Below, piece by piece: positions 43,988-58,821 of a DNA stretch of 64,000 nt. The notes under the pieces were generated by a model that had not been told where the DNA came from, did no database searches, and saw only the letters and a program-made list of their open reading frames with translations. Location of the stretch: assembly GCF_009914755.1 (NCBI RefSeq), contig NC_060927.1, one strand, 5' to 3'. A program made the position numbers and the translations under genes. How positions within the stretch are numbered: the first letter of the stretch is position 1; each line of letters begins with the position of its first letter. This DNA is from the human T2T-CHM13v2.0 reference genome, Homo sapiens.

Positions 43988-44899
43988 TCTGTTACTAGGT
44001 GACAAAATCAAGTCTGAAAAAACCAGGGTCCACCGAATTAAACCAAACATCAGCAAGCCTTCTTGGGGAAGGTGGCTAAGGGTAAAACGAATTTAATCTA
44101 AACTAGTTTTTGGCTCCAAGGAGCTGCAAGTCCACAGGCGTGCGGTGAGGAGGGCTGACAAGGACCCCCAGGGAAAAAGGCAAAGTGCTGTGCTTAGATT
44201 TTGCGAAAAGATGCAGGTATGGTGGGTCTCCAGATGACTTGTGGCAACATAAAAGTTTCATGATCAGAATTGGAATTCAAAGTGGACCAAAAAGTGTAAT
44301 AGAAAAAAAAAAGTATGAAAGGAAACCTGAAATTGTTCTACGATGCTTGCTTTGTTTTAACGGAAGCTCACATTCAGGTCAGGATGGGACGACCAAGTTC
44401 GTTTGTGTGTGGCAAAAAGGAAGTTTTAGATGTTGCTGAAAAGTTCACTTATGAACGTGGGCACCAAGTCTGAATGAGTAAGAGAAAGGCTAGGAGCAGG
44501 AAGAAAAAGCAAGGGGGCTCAAAGGGGCACAACAAATAAATCCTGACAGCTAAGAAGTGCAACCCACGCGGTCTGACGGCAGAAAGGCCGCGGGAAGCTG
44601 AGGGGCAGGGGATGGGCGGAGTGCCAGGGCGGAATCGAGGTCACAGTGGAGAGAGCACAAGAGAGAGCTGACGCTGCCGAAGGAGGCAGAAAAGCAGCCC
44701 CTGCAGTCCTGCGTCGAGGCCGGAGCAGACCAGCACCTTTGACAGCCTGAGGAGCTGAAAACGCTACCTGGTGGGCCCAGGGTGGGCGGACCGGGCGTTT
44801 AAAGGTCAAGGTCAAGGTGGGGTTTGGCAAGTGATGCATAGCGCTCAAAGGAGACCGAAGACATACAAATAATATTATAAAATTATGACTATCGTTATC

Positions 44900-45920
44900 T
44901 TTTTTTTTTAAGAAGAAAAAAATAAAAGGTCTCCTGGACGGCTGCGGGGTGGAGGCGGCCCTGGCAGGAACGCGTGCAAAATAGGCTGGGGGCTGAAGTC
45001 GGGACGGAGGGCAGGCCGAGGGACCTGTGCTGGGCCACCGGAGGGAGGCACTGAGACTCGGGCCCAGGGCCTCCGCCGCACTCACTTGCCCTCCTGGCAG
45101 TCATAGAGCACGATGGAGTCGTCGTCGCTACTCGAGATGACCGTCTCGCCGTTGGGGCTGAAATCGAAGCAGTTAATCTTGTCCGAGTTTTCGCGGAACA
45201 CCTTAGCGACGCGGAAGCTCCGCAACACGCTGTCGGTCAGCTTCATGGCGGCGGCTGGGGAAGGCAGCGGCGGCGCAGGGCCGGGGCGGGGCCCGGCGGC
45301 GAGCGGGCGGGCTGCCGAGGGGCCAACCCAGGCGGGGCGGGCGCCGCGCCGGCGGCTAGCGGGAAGTCGGCCAACAGTTGGGCCGCCTCCTCCTCTTCTT
45401 CCTGCTTGGTCGAGGGTCTTCTGCCTGGACTGTGGAGCCTCGCCGACCGTTCGTCCTCACAGCCACCTCACGGACAACCGGCGCGTCGCCGGCTCATTGT
45501 GTCCGCCATTTTGGGGCGACAGGCAGAAGCTGAGGGCGAGGAGCCTCAGCCGCGGCGCACGCCGGGAAAGGGGGCGGGGCGGGAACGGCGGAGCAAGGCG
45601 GGGAGGCGGGGTGGTGACGTCAGCGCGGCCGCGGCGGAGTGTAGTGGCGGGGCGGGCTGCTGGCAGGGAGCGGCCGAGACGTGCAGGGCCTTCCCGGGGG
45701 ATCGGAAGGTTGCGGATGCCTTGGGAGCCGGGGGCCCTTGCGCGGGATTGCAACCCCCGCGAAGACTCTGGCGCCTCCTGCAGGCGTCCCGATCGCAGGC
45801 TGCGTGGGAGGGGGTACTGCAGGGTCGGGTATGCTGCTGGAGGCCGGTTTTGGGGGTGACTCAGGTGAGCCGCTCGCAGGCAAGCTTGACCGCTAGTCCA
45901 CCGCAGCGTCCGCTTAGACA
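44900..45920. promoter_or_regulatory. WDR82 CpG-island promoter with YY1 motif (CCGCCATTTT 45503-45512), full CRE (TGACGTCA 45615-45622) and GC boxes
   Basis: Motifs read directly from the sequence; dense CpG. Confidence 0.85.
45086..45246 (-). CDS. WDR82: WD repeat-containing protein 82 exon 1 (SET1/COMPASS, PNUTS-PP1 and ZC3H4 partner)
   Basis: gccgccATG AAG CTG ACC; [54 protein letters not shown]; donor gtgagt. Confidence 0.97.
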
Positions 45921-45934
45921 GCTTCGACCTCTTT

Positions 45935-46375
45935 ACTTTTTTTTTTTTTTTTGGAGATGGAGTCTCTCGCTCAGGCGCGCGCCACCACGCCCAGCTAATT
46001 TTGTATTTTTGGTAGAGACGGGGGTTCACCATGTTGGCCAGGCTGGTCTCGAACTCCTGACCTCACCCGCACCCGGCCTCGTTTTCTTAATCGAGGTAGA
46101 CTTTAGGTACAGTAAAAATCAGCCTTTTTAGGCCGGGCGCGGTGGCTCACGCCTTTAAACCCACCACTTTGGGAGGCCGAGGCGGGATGATCGCTTGAGC
46201 TCAGGAGTTGAGACCAGCCTGGCCAACATGACAAAACCCCACCTCTACTAAAATACAAAAAATTAGCCGGGCATGATGGCGCGGCTGAGGCACGAGAATT
46301 GAGAAAGGCGGAGGCTGCAGTGCGCCGAAATCGTGCCACTGCATTCCAGGCTGGGCGACAGAGCAGACGGTTTCC
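45935..46375. mobile_element. Head-to-head pair of internally deleted, CpG-rich Alus
   Basis: Minus about 45935-46078 and plus about 46130-46375, both missing internal blocks. Confidence 0.8.
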
Positions 46376-47681
46376 CCCCAAAAATTAGCCTTTTTAGTGG
46401 CTAGTTTTATGTTCTGACACCCATACACAGTCATGCAGTCACCACCACATTCAAGATTTGGAAGAGTTGCACTATCCTGTTTGTAGTCAACAGGATTATT
46501 TTAAAGGTTCTATCATATAAGTGATTATTTGCCTTAAAAGAAAGTTTATCTCTAACAAAGGAAAGCAGTATTTGAACAGAAAATAGGAACCAAGCTTCCT
46601 AACCTTAACTTTCTGGGCAAGGGGTTAAACTCAATGCCAACCTATGTGGCTTCACAGATCTGTATCTTGTGTGAAGCTCCTCAAAAGGTTAATTGCCTGG
46701 GGTTTCCAACAATGAAGATGGGGATTATTTATTTTTGCTTTCTTTAGCTAAAGAGAAACAAAAACGAGGAAAGGCTGTGAGACATTTCAGTCGCTATTAG
46801 GAAGGTTATTATCCAGAGACCTGTGCAATGGTAAAAAACAAAATGGAAACCCTGGGACAGTTGGGGTCTTTCTAGAAAGAACTAGAGGCTGTATCCCAAC
46901 CCCCTGGGTAAAAGGAGAGCCAGGATCCTTATACATAAAGAGAAGTTGTTCTCTAAGGGAAGAGGCAAGTTCCTGGCTAAGTCTGGGGTATAATTGCCTC
47001 CTGACAAAGAGCAGAGCTTCTGGCTACAATTTGTTCTGGGGTCTGGAAAAAGCCGGTTTGAGTGAAACCTGAATAGATGGCAACTTTCCAAACTGCACAC
47101 AATGGAAGAAAAACCCTCCACGTCCCAGATCACTTGCTCTGCTTCCCTGTAATTCCTGTGCCTTTATTTCAGAAGCTAGAAAGTCTGATACAGCGTCTGC
47201 TTCGAATAGTTTAGAAGGCAACAAGGACAGATCGAGTACCATGTTCTAGAACTGTCGGGAAGTGAACACACCCAGTAAGATGATGCCATATTTTGGTCCA
47301 TGTTAATCTACAAAAATAACCACAGAAACAGCTGTAATCTACTGAATGTTGCCAGCCAAAATAAATCTTTGCAGGGTATTTTTCAAGTATTGTACTTCCT
47401 ATACCTTTTCCAGATTTCACCGTTAAGACCAAACCTTCCTCCCAAGACTTGACTTTCTGCATTATTTTTGGAATGCAGTCTTTTTTTTTTTCCCCCATTT
47501 TTAAGAGGGTCTTCAAATCCTCATCCTGTTTCGCATTCTTACTGTTTCCAATTCCTAGCCTGGCTCCCTGCCCTATTATAGTGGGGCTCTCCTGGCTTCC
47601 AGCCCAACAGTATGGTTGCCTTAAAGGATGGACTTTAGGCCAGGTGCGGTGGCACTTTGGGAGGCCGAGGTGGGTAGATCA

Positions 47682-47972
<291 letters not shown>

Positions 47973-48156
47973 TCAAGAGTGAATCAGATGGGCTTTAAAA
48001 GAGCATCAGACTTAATTTTTTATGTTTCCTTTTATTTGTAGTCATTCTTTTACTTGTCACATATTCATTGCAAAAAAACTAAAAAATACAAATAATAAAA
48101 ACAGCATCCAGAGATAGCCACTGTTACAATCTTTTATTATAGTGAAATATATATAA

Positions 48157-48429
<273 letters not shown>

Positions 48430-48929
48430 TGAACTGCTGACCTCAGGTGATCTGCCTGCCTCACCATCCCAAAGTGCTGGGATTACAGGCATGAGCCACC
48501 ACACCCAGCCAATCCCTGAAATATATTTTTATTGGGTTCATAATATATTGTTTGTAAGTTTACCCATACTATGAACATATTCCAGGTCAATAAATATCGA
48601 TACAATCATTTTGAATGGCTACAAACTATTCTATTATATGGCTGTAAAGTAATTTTGCTTCCCATTTTGTCCAGAGCCCAGCCAGAGCTCAGTATGGATT
48701 AATTGAATAAATGAATTTATCCAAAGGATTCCAGATACTTGATTGGCCCACTTATTAAATTTTTCTATTTCATGCTGCACAATTGGAATGGAAACTGTCC
48801 TAAACAATGTGTCCTCTTTCCAAAACACAGAGCTCCTTATGAATTCTAATTCTTTGAGATAAATTTCTGAGCTCCAGTGCCCAGCAGCAGGGCTTCCCTA
48901 GAGATTGACTAACGTCTTACTCAACCCTT

Positions 48930-49065
48930 GGAATAACTAGAATCAGGTGACTCTCTTCTTTGGGACAGTTGCATGTGTGTAAGTGTGACAGTGTGTGTGT
49001 GTATCAGTGCTTACACAGCCCTCGGAATAACTAGAATCAGGTGACTCTCTTCTTTGGGACAGTTG
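48930..49065. repeat. Exact 42-nt direct repeat (48930-48971 and 49024-49065), each copy followed by TG-rich sequence
   Basis: ggaataactagaatcaggtgactctcttctttgggacagttg occurs twice, 94 nt apart. Confidence 0.95.
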
Positions 49066-49089
49066 AGTGTGTGTGTGTGTGAGCTTAAT

Positions 49090-49822
<733 letters not shown>

Positions 49823-50057
49823 TCAAAAAAAAAAGAAAGAAAAAAAATAAATATTACAAGGATGAAGTAAGCCATTTTTATTTAGACAGAATTTAAGTGT
49901 GTGCATGGAAAATCTTGTGGGATATACATGAATATGACCAGAAATAATAAATAAATTTAGTTACTAATGTATGTCCACTTCTACTGGAATTCCTCAGAGA
50001 GGTCTTGAGACTCCAGGACCGGGGGCCTGGATAAAAAGAAAGTATCTTTCCCTGGCA

Positions 50058-50190
50058 GCAGGACTAACTACCCAATTTGTAGGGCCCCTTGTTAAAAAAT
50101 TGCTAAGAATCTCAAGATGACAACAACAGAATATTAAATGAAGTGCAGGGTCCTTCTGACTATACAAGTCACACACCCATGAAGCTGGCT
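50058..50190 (-). mobile_element. MER45A-like hAT-Tip100 MITE
   Basis: Reverse complement reads gccagcttcatgggtgtg...gtcatcttgagattcttagcaatttttt...gggccc. Confidence 0.7.
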
Positions 50191-50688
50191 CAACCCAGGA
50201 CTAGTACAGCAACAACACTGAGCCTTTCTACATGCACTGGAAACATACTGTGATGAAGACTCTGAAGTTCTGAGAGGTTAACTTTCTCAGGGTCACTTAA
50301 CCAATAAGCACTGAAGTCTGGATTCACACTCTGCTTCAGCACTGGAAAGCTTGTGTTCTGTTTCCAGGGCAAAGGACAAGAAATCATTCACATTTAACAA
50401 AGACCACTGTCGGTAAATAATACCTTCTTAGTCTGGAAGGAAAGGATGGAATCTTCCCAGATAAGCCTTGACTGCTCAGAGCCAGAAGGAACTGCCTAGA
50501 GTCTCAGGGCCAAGGCCACTGTCTCTAAAACTACAGCACTGTTTCCTAAGGCTTAAAAACTCCCAAACAATCCAACATACACAGCTTTAGTGGCCTCTCA
50601 TCAGTGCTTGCCTAGAGTCATGCTGAACTGCTTCCTAGTGTTTTGTTTTACTCTCCCCAACTCCTCCTTCCAAGAAAAATAGCTTTAA

Positions 50689-50928
<240 letters not shown>

Positions 50929-52649
50929 TAGTAGAAACGGGGTTTTGCCATGTTGGCCAGGCTGGTCTCAAACTCCTGACCTCAAGTGATCCGCTCACCT
51001 CGGCCTCCCAGTTTTAAGGTGTTGTACAGCCCTTACATAGGACACAGCTCCACTTTACCCTGCCTCCAACACAGCTGACCTTCCCTCCCACGGAGTAACC
51101 CTGCAAGCCCAGGCTGGGCACAGTGGCTTACACCTATAGTCCCAGCACTTTCAGAGGCTGGGGCAGGAGAACTGCTTGAGCCCAGGAGTTTGAGACCAGC
51201 TTGGGCAACAAAGCAAGACCCTGTCTCCACAAAAAATTAGCCAGGCATGGTGGTGTGCACCTGTAGTCCCAGCTACTTGAGAGGCTGAGGCAGGAGGATC
51301 GCTACAACCCAGGAGGTTGAGGCTATAGTGAGCTGTAATCACCACTGTCCTCCAGCCTGGGCGACAGTGTGAGACTTTGTCTCCTAAAAACAAAAAAAAA
51401 TTAAAATTAAAAGTACCACTTCTTACCTATCCCAGCAGCTACAGCATTCGGCCCACACAGAAGGCACTCAGGAAATGTCTTGAATTATGTCTGAGGAAGG
51501 AATAAATGCATGGAAGGAATATAGCTGACTATAACCAAGAAAAAACAATAAAATTTTCAGTATTTACAACCTCTCCCACATTAAAGAGGGCAATTCCACC
51601 TACGGATGCCTTTGTTTTGATGATGTGGTGGGAAATCATTTAGGAGAAGGAATACAAAGTCTCATATTTTAAAAGGAAAAATCCAGGGAGAAGGACGGGT
51701 GTGGTGGCTCACACCTGTAATCCCAGCACTTTGGGAGACAGAGGCAGGAAGATGGTTTGAGCGCAGAAGTTTGAGACCAGCCTGGCCAACATGGCAAAAC
51801 CACTTCTCTACAAAAAATACAAAAAATTAGCTGGGTGTGGTGGTGCACGTCTGTGGTCCCAGCTACTTGGGAGACTGAAGTGGGAGGATCACTTGAGCCT
51901 CGGAGGTGGAGGTTGCAATAATCCAAGATGATGGCACTGAACTCCAACCTGGGTGACAGAGTGAGATCCTGTCTCAAATAAAAATATATGTATATATAAG
52001 AAAAAGAAAAATCCAGGGAGAGAGCTGGAAGTGGGGGCCAGAGGAAGGGAAAGGTTCATGACAAGAGCACAGCATGGTTTGGAGACCTAAGGAGAGATGT
52101 AGCAACTGCCAAAGGGAGCAGGTAGGGGGTGTGAAAAGAAAATAAAATTTTAGGACATTCCCAATTTATAATGTGAAGGAGAAAAGTGAAGCCCTGGAAA
52201 CTGAGCAGGCATTGCTTTTTTTTTTTCTTCTCTGATGCATGACTGCTGCTTCCTGATCTTTGTATTGAAATGTTATACATTAACCAGGCTCCCTATTCTT
52301 CATTCAGACTTAGACTAGATGATGTGGGAGATAGAGACCCTTGTGATTGTTGTCTCTTTACAATAGAATGTTAAGCAAACTCCTTCCAGTATAATCAATA
52401 GTAGCCAACCAAATCTTGTATTTATGTTAGCCTTTTTTTGGAAAATGTTGTAATTCTGGTCAGCACTCCTGTTTTTGCCTATATAAACAATCTTTTTTTT
52501 TTTTTTTTTTGAGACGGAGTCTCGCTTTGTCACCCAGGCTGGAGGGCAGTCACGCAATCTCGGTTCACTGCAACCTCCCAGGTTCAAGCAATCCTCCTGC
52601 CTCAGCCCCACCAGTAGCTGGGATTACAGGCACACACCACCATGCCTAG

Positions 52650-52796
<147 letters not shown>

Positions 52797-53172
52797 TAAT
52801 TTTTGTATTTTTTAGTAGAGATGGGGTTTCACCATATTGGTTAGGCCAGTCTCGAACTCCTGACCTCAAATGATCCCACCTGCCTCAGCCTCCCAAAGTA
52901 CTGGGATTGCAGGCATGAGCCACTGCACCTGTCCCAAAAACACATTTCTAATGTCAACCTAAAAATCATCAAAAGGTTCGATATCCAGTTAAAAGAATTT
53001 ATTCAAGCATAAAGTGTGAGGGCAGCCATCCAGGGAAACACAGACACCAAGCAGTGGCAATTAGTGTTCTCCAGCATGGGGAAAGATGAAGGTTGTTTAT
53101 ATAGGCCGGGCGCCTGTAATTGTTTATACGCCTGTAATCCCTGCACTTTGGGAGGCCAAGGGCGGTGGATCA

Positions 53173-53566
<394 letters not shown>

Positions 53567-54260
53567 TGAGTAGCTGGGACTACAGGAGCATGCCACCACA
53601 CCTGGCTCTTTTTTTTTTGGTAGAGATAAGTTTCGCCATGTTCCCAGGCTGGTCTCGCATTCCTAGGCTCAAGCGATCCGCCCACCTTGGCCTCCCCAAT
53701 GTTGGGATTACAGGCGTGAAACACTGCGCCCTGCCAAGAAACATGTTTCAATAAAATTGTTAGGAAATCAAGTGTGTGATTTGTGATGCAACTCTCTCCT
53801 CTATCTCCCTAAGAAAACATCAGTAAAAACAGTGAACTGTTTTGTATTTTTGGAGTCTGATCAGGACTCATCTTATGAATGTGGGAAGGCATCCAGCCAA
53901 CACAGGGTAGGCCCCGGATGAGAGTAGGGACAGCGAGGTAGGCCCAGAGTCATTAGCGTTTACATGCCGCTTATGTGCTTGAGGATCGCAGAATGGAACT
54001 CTTGCTAAGCCAGAGCTGTATTTGGTGGCCCATGGTGGGAGAGGGAAGAACAATAATAAGTTGTGGAATAAAAGCCATGGAGAGGAGCGGGAATTACTTA
54101 ATCTGGCTCCAGAAGGGGTGAGTTGTGGGGAAGTAGTGATTCTCAGTTCGTTTGCTCAGCCCAGTCAGTGCCTGACACTCAGGGTGCATCTGCTGACTGA
54201 CCGTACAGGATAAAGGAAGGGAGAGGCCGGGTGCGGCGGCTGAAGTCTGTAATCCCATCA

Positions 54261-54539
<279 letters not shown>

Positions 54540-54619
54540 TTATTACCCTCAATGTAGAGATTTAAAAAATGAGGACTGAAGGTGACTCCTTCCAGGTCTG
54601 TCAGTGGCCAGCAAAGAGC

Positions 54620-55070
54620 CAATATGCTAAACTCTCCCCTCCCGGACACCGGCTTCAGCCAGAGCTCGCACCCGCCTGCGCCGCTCCACCCACCCACACT
54701 TCCGGCTTCCGCTCCGCCCACCCCCTAGTACTTCCGTTCTCCAGCGCTGGGCACCGCGGCCGGAGCTGTGGGCTGGTAAGTCTGCGCCGCCAGGGCTCGC
54801 ATGGCCTTCAGAAGCGGTCCCTGGGCTGGGCGATGACGGGTCCTGGTGGCAGCAGGCCCTTCTTTCTCGCATCACCGGGCATTACGCGGCAGCCATTTCC
54901 CTCGCTAAGGCCCTACCTTAGGATGACGTCACTTCCGGCCCCCTACTGTCTAGGGAAAGCCGGAAATGGTACCAGCCTTCTTTGATGGCGGGGAGGAGTC
55001 AAGACCGGTAGTCTTCCTATTTCCGTTGTTTTGCTCTGGAGCCTCCCGGAGTTTCGGAGAGACCGTGTCT
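54620..55070 (+). promoter_or_regulatory. GLYCTK: GLYCTK CpG promoter and non-coding first exon (donor gtaagt at 54776) with clustered ETS motifs
   Basis: CACTTCCGGCTTCCG at about 54696, ACTTCCG at about 54730, TGACGTCACTTCCGG at 54924-54938, CCGGAAA at about 54960. Confidence 0.75.
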
Positions 55071-55084
55071 TGGATAGAATTGGA

Positions 55085-55552
<468 letters not shown>

Positions 55553-57241
55553 AGCATTGAGCGTCCCCCTGTCCTGTGCTCATACCCAGTGGCAAGGCTG
55601 GGATCTTCTAGGCTCTTGTCCATCTGGGAAATAGATACAAATTTCATCCAGGCTATAAAGACCGGCTGTCTTAGTTGCTAAGATGCTTTTAGCTCCAAGT
55701 CCAATGGGCAAGCTCCAGGGGTCCCCCTGGCCAAAACTGGACCCATTTTCGGAATCCCCATGACGATGCCCTCTGTGTTCCCTTTCACAACAGAAGTCAG
55801 GCATGGCTGTCTTTTCTTACCGGAGAGCTGAGAACTAGGCAAGCAAAATGGTCAAAGTCTAGAAGTAACCACCATATTTGGGTGTGGGGTAAACCGGTGT
55901 TTGAGATCTGTGTTGCAGTGGACAGTATCAGAGAGCCTGAGGTTGTTAAGGGAAGAGCGTAGTGTTAATCTCACCCCATGTCTCATTTTGCGGATGAGGC
56001 CCAGTGAGAGAAATGGAGGTGTCCCAGCCACTCAGAAAGCCTATAGTAGAGCTGGAACCTCAATTCCCAGCCTCCTTACCCTGCTCAGTCCATACTTGCT
56101 GATGAAGTCAGCTTGCAACATTTATGGTAGGCATTTATTAAAGTAGATGCAATAGTACATATGTAGTACAGATGAGCTGTTTGGGTCTTTGTTGTTCCTA
56201 TACCCCTCTACAGCTTCCTGACCTTCGCCCCAAGGCTTCTTTAGCTTTTACTCTGCCCAGTGGGGAAAATGGCTATGGGCTCAGTTATGGGAGCCTGGCC
56301 TTTGCCTACTTCAGCCCTTGGGCTCTCACCACTGTGGGTGGTGTGACCTAGGACTTGTTTTTGTTATCTTGGAACCAGAAGGCGTGTTCTTGGCAGGGTT
56401 GGGTCTGGCCAACTGTGTGGGTAGAAGGGCATCCTTTTCTGTCCTGCAATTGGGCTTCATGGCACATGGCCTCACATGGTGCCTGGGGACTTTTCTAAGG
56501 TTCCACCATGAGCCAGACTTTGCCCTCACTCCTGATTTGAACCTAAACCTCTTGCTGAACTGGTCCTGCATACTGAGATTCCTCAGATTGCTTGCCCTGA
56601 GGATGTGTTCTGGGTTTGACCTGATAAACCTGCAGCCTCCTATAGACCCTGACTTCCCAGGCTCCTAATCCCAGTCTCATGAGATAATGAAATAGAGAAG
56701 ACTGGAGGTCAATGGGCTCAGGGTCAGTTGGTGGGACAATCAACAGCTTCCTGGCAGCAGAGGTGGTAAAGAGGCAAGGAAGGAGTGCCAGAAAGGGGCG
56801 TTGCCCCAGGGTAACAGCGCAGAAGTGCAGGGGGTGGAAAAGGGGTGGGATGGGAGCCCACTGGTAGAAATTACTCCCTCTGTCAATGATTAACTCCCAG
56901 CCAAAGGGGTGACCTGGGAGGAGGGCCCAGCTAATAGGAACTTTGGACTTGAGGCAGAGTATCCAGAGGGCCGGCATGTGGTCTGCAGAAGAGGAGGACG
57001 TGGCTGGGTGGCAGGGCTGGTCTCCAAGGACGAGTAAGATCCTGCAGCTGCAGGCTTCAGGAAGTCTCCTGGGGCTATCAGATGGCTCCTTCTTGTAGCA
57101 GCAGCTGTGGGGTCCACTGGCCCTGAGCCCTCAGAGGGGCGGCCGTGGGGGACCTCCTGTCTTTTGCCTTGCAAGGGCCTCAGTTGTGCTTTTTCCCTCT
57201 AGGCAGCCATGGGTGCCAGGCAGTGCTGAGAGCAGTGGGGC

Positions 57242-57618
57242 ATGGCTGCAGCCCTGCAGGTCCTGCCCCGCTTGGCCCGAGCCCCCTTGCATCCACTCCT
57301 CTGGCGGGGCTCAGTGGCCCGTCTGGCCAGCAGCATGGCCTTGGCAGAGCAGGCCAGGCAGCTGTTTGAGAGTGCTGTAGGTGCAGTGCTGCCGGGCCCC
57401 ATGCTGCACCGGGCACTATCCTTGGACCCTGGTGGCAGACAGCTGAAGGTGCGGGACCGGAACTTTCAGCTGAGGCAAAACCTCTACCTGGTGGGCTTTG
57501 GCAAGGCTGTGCTGGGTATGGCAGCTGCAGCTGAGGAACTACTGGGCCAGCATCTTGTGCAGGGCGTGATCAGCGTTCCCAAGGGGATCCGTGCTGCCAT
57601 GGAGCGTGCCGGCAAGCA
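57242..57618 (+). CDS. GLYCTK: Glycerate kinase first coding exon (exon acceptor at 57203)
   Basis: MAAALQVLPRLARAP...NLYLVGFGKAVLGM; donor CA|gtaagg. Confidence 0.96.
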
Positions 57619-57858
57619 GTAAGGAGCCATGGGGGCCTGCCTCCCTCTATCTATCTGGAGGGAAACCTGGGCCCAGACACAGGCTGAATCGGGCCTCCCC
57701 TCCCCACCCGCTTCCCATTTCTCCTGGATCTGGCCTGGCCCCAGGATGCATGTCAGTGGGCATCTTCGTTCATGCCCCCATCACCTGTAAAGTTGAGAGA
57801 TCAGGTGGGAGGAGAGGAGTCCACCCCATCTCTTGCGTGCTGACCTTTCCCTCCCCAG

Positions 57859-58010
57859 GGAGATGCTGCTGAAGCCACATAGCCGTGTCCAGGTATTCGA
57901 GGGTGCGGAGGACAACCTCCCGGACCGCGATGCGCTGCGGGCTGCACTGGCCATCCAGCAACTGGCTGAGGGACTCACAGCTGATGACCTGCTGCTCGTG
58001 CTGATCTCAG
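57859..58010 (+). CDS. GLYCTK: GLYCTK coding exon 2
   Basis: [22 protein letters not shown]...LLLVLIS; 152 nt, in phase. Confidence 0.96.
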
Positions 58011-58645
58011 GTGTGGTACCACATTGGCCCAAGACTGTTGGTGGGGGGTGCACCACCTGATCTCTCAGGTCTTCGAGAGATCAGGTCTGAGCCCCCGGGG
58101 TCACAGGGTAAAGTTAGGAGCAAGGGAGGTGGTGAGGAGCCTGGATGGTGACTCCTGGGTTGCCTTGGGCTAGTCGTCTGGCCTCCCCTGAGCTGTGGAG
58201 TCCTCCCCCTGAGCTGACCTTTTCGGTGACAGTGAGAGGGTGCATGGGGAGCACATAATGCAGGGCCTGACACATCCGTAGAGTCCTTGGAAAATGTCAC
58301 TGCTATTGCTGCTGTCTGTACTAATGTCACCTGGGGCTAGGCCCTCAGACCTCATGGAGTCCTCTCCTTGATCTTCCATTGTGTGCCCCCTGCCCTGCCT
58401 CCTGTTCTAGTCTCTTAAGGAGTAGTTAGTTCTTCCGGTGCCTACTGGGACCTGGGGTACCCCAAGGCAGGGGCAACCTCAGGTGGCCAGGATGTGGTGA
58501 CTGTACACATATTGCATATCCACAGGGGGGCACCCTAACCCCACCTTTCCAGCCCCCTTTTTCTAATGTGGGCTTGTCACCCCTGCTTGCCTGGTTCCCT
58601 GGGTTGGGATAGCCCCTCTACCTGATACCCTCATTGTCTTGAGAG

Positions 58646-58821
58646 GTGGGGGTTCAGCTCTGCTGCCTGCCCCCATCCCACCTGTCACACTGGAGGAGAA
58701 GCAGACACTCACTAGACTGCTGGCAGCCCGTGGAGCCACCATCCAGGAGTTGAACACCATTCGGAAGGCCCTGTCCCAGCTCAAGGGTGGGGGGCTGGCT
58801 CAGGCCGCCTACCCTGCCCAG
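58646..58821 (+). CDS. GLYCTK: GLYCTK coding exon 3
   Basis: Completes the SGGGSAL motif; ELNTIRKALSQLKGGGLA, typical of class II (MOFRL) glycerate kinases. Confidence 0.96.

Noticed and set aside
45113-46131. 248-aa and 241-aa plus-strand ORFs antisense to WDR82 exon 1
   Set aside because: Antisense shadow of the coding exon plus CpG island, running into Alu sequence.
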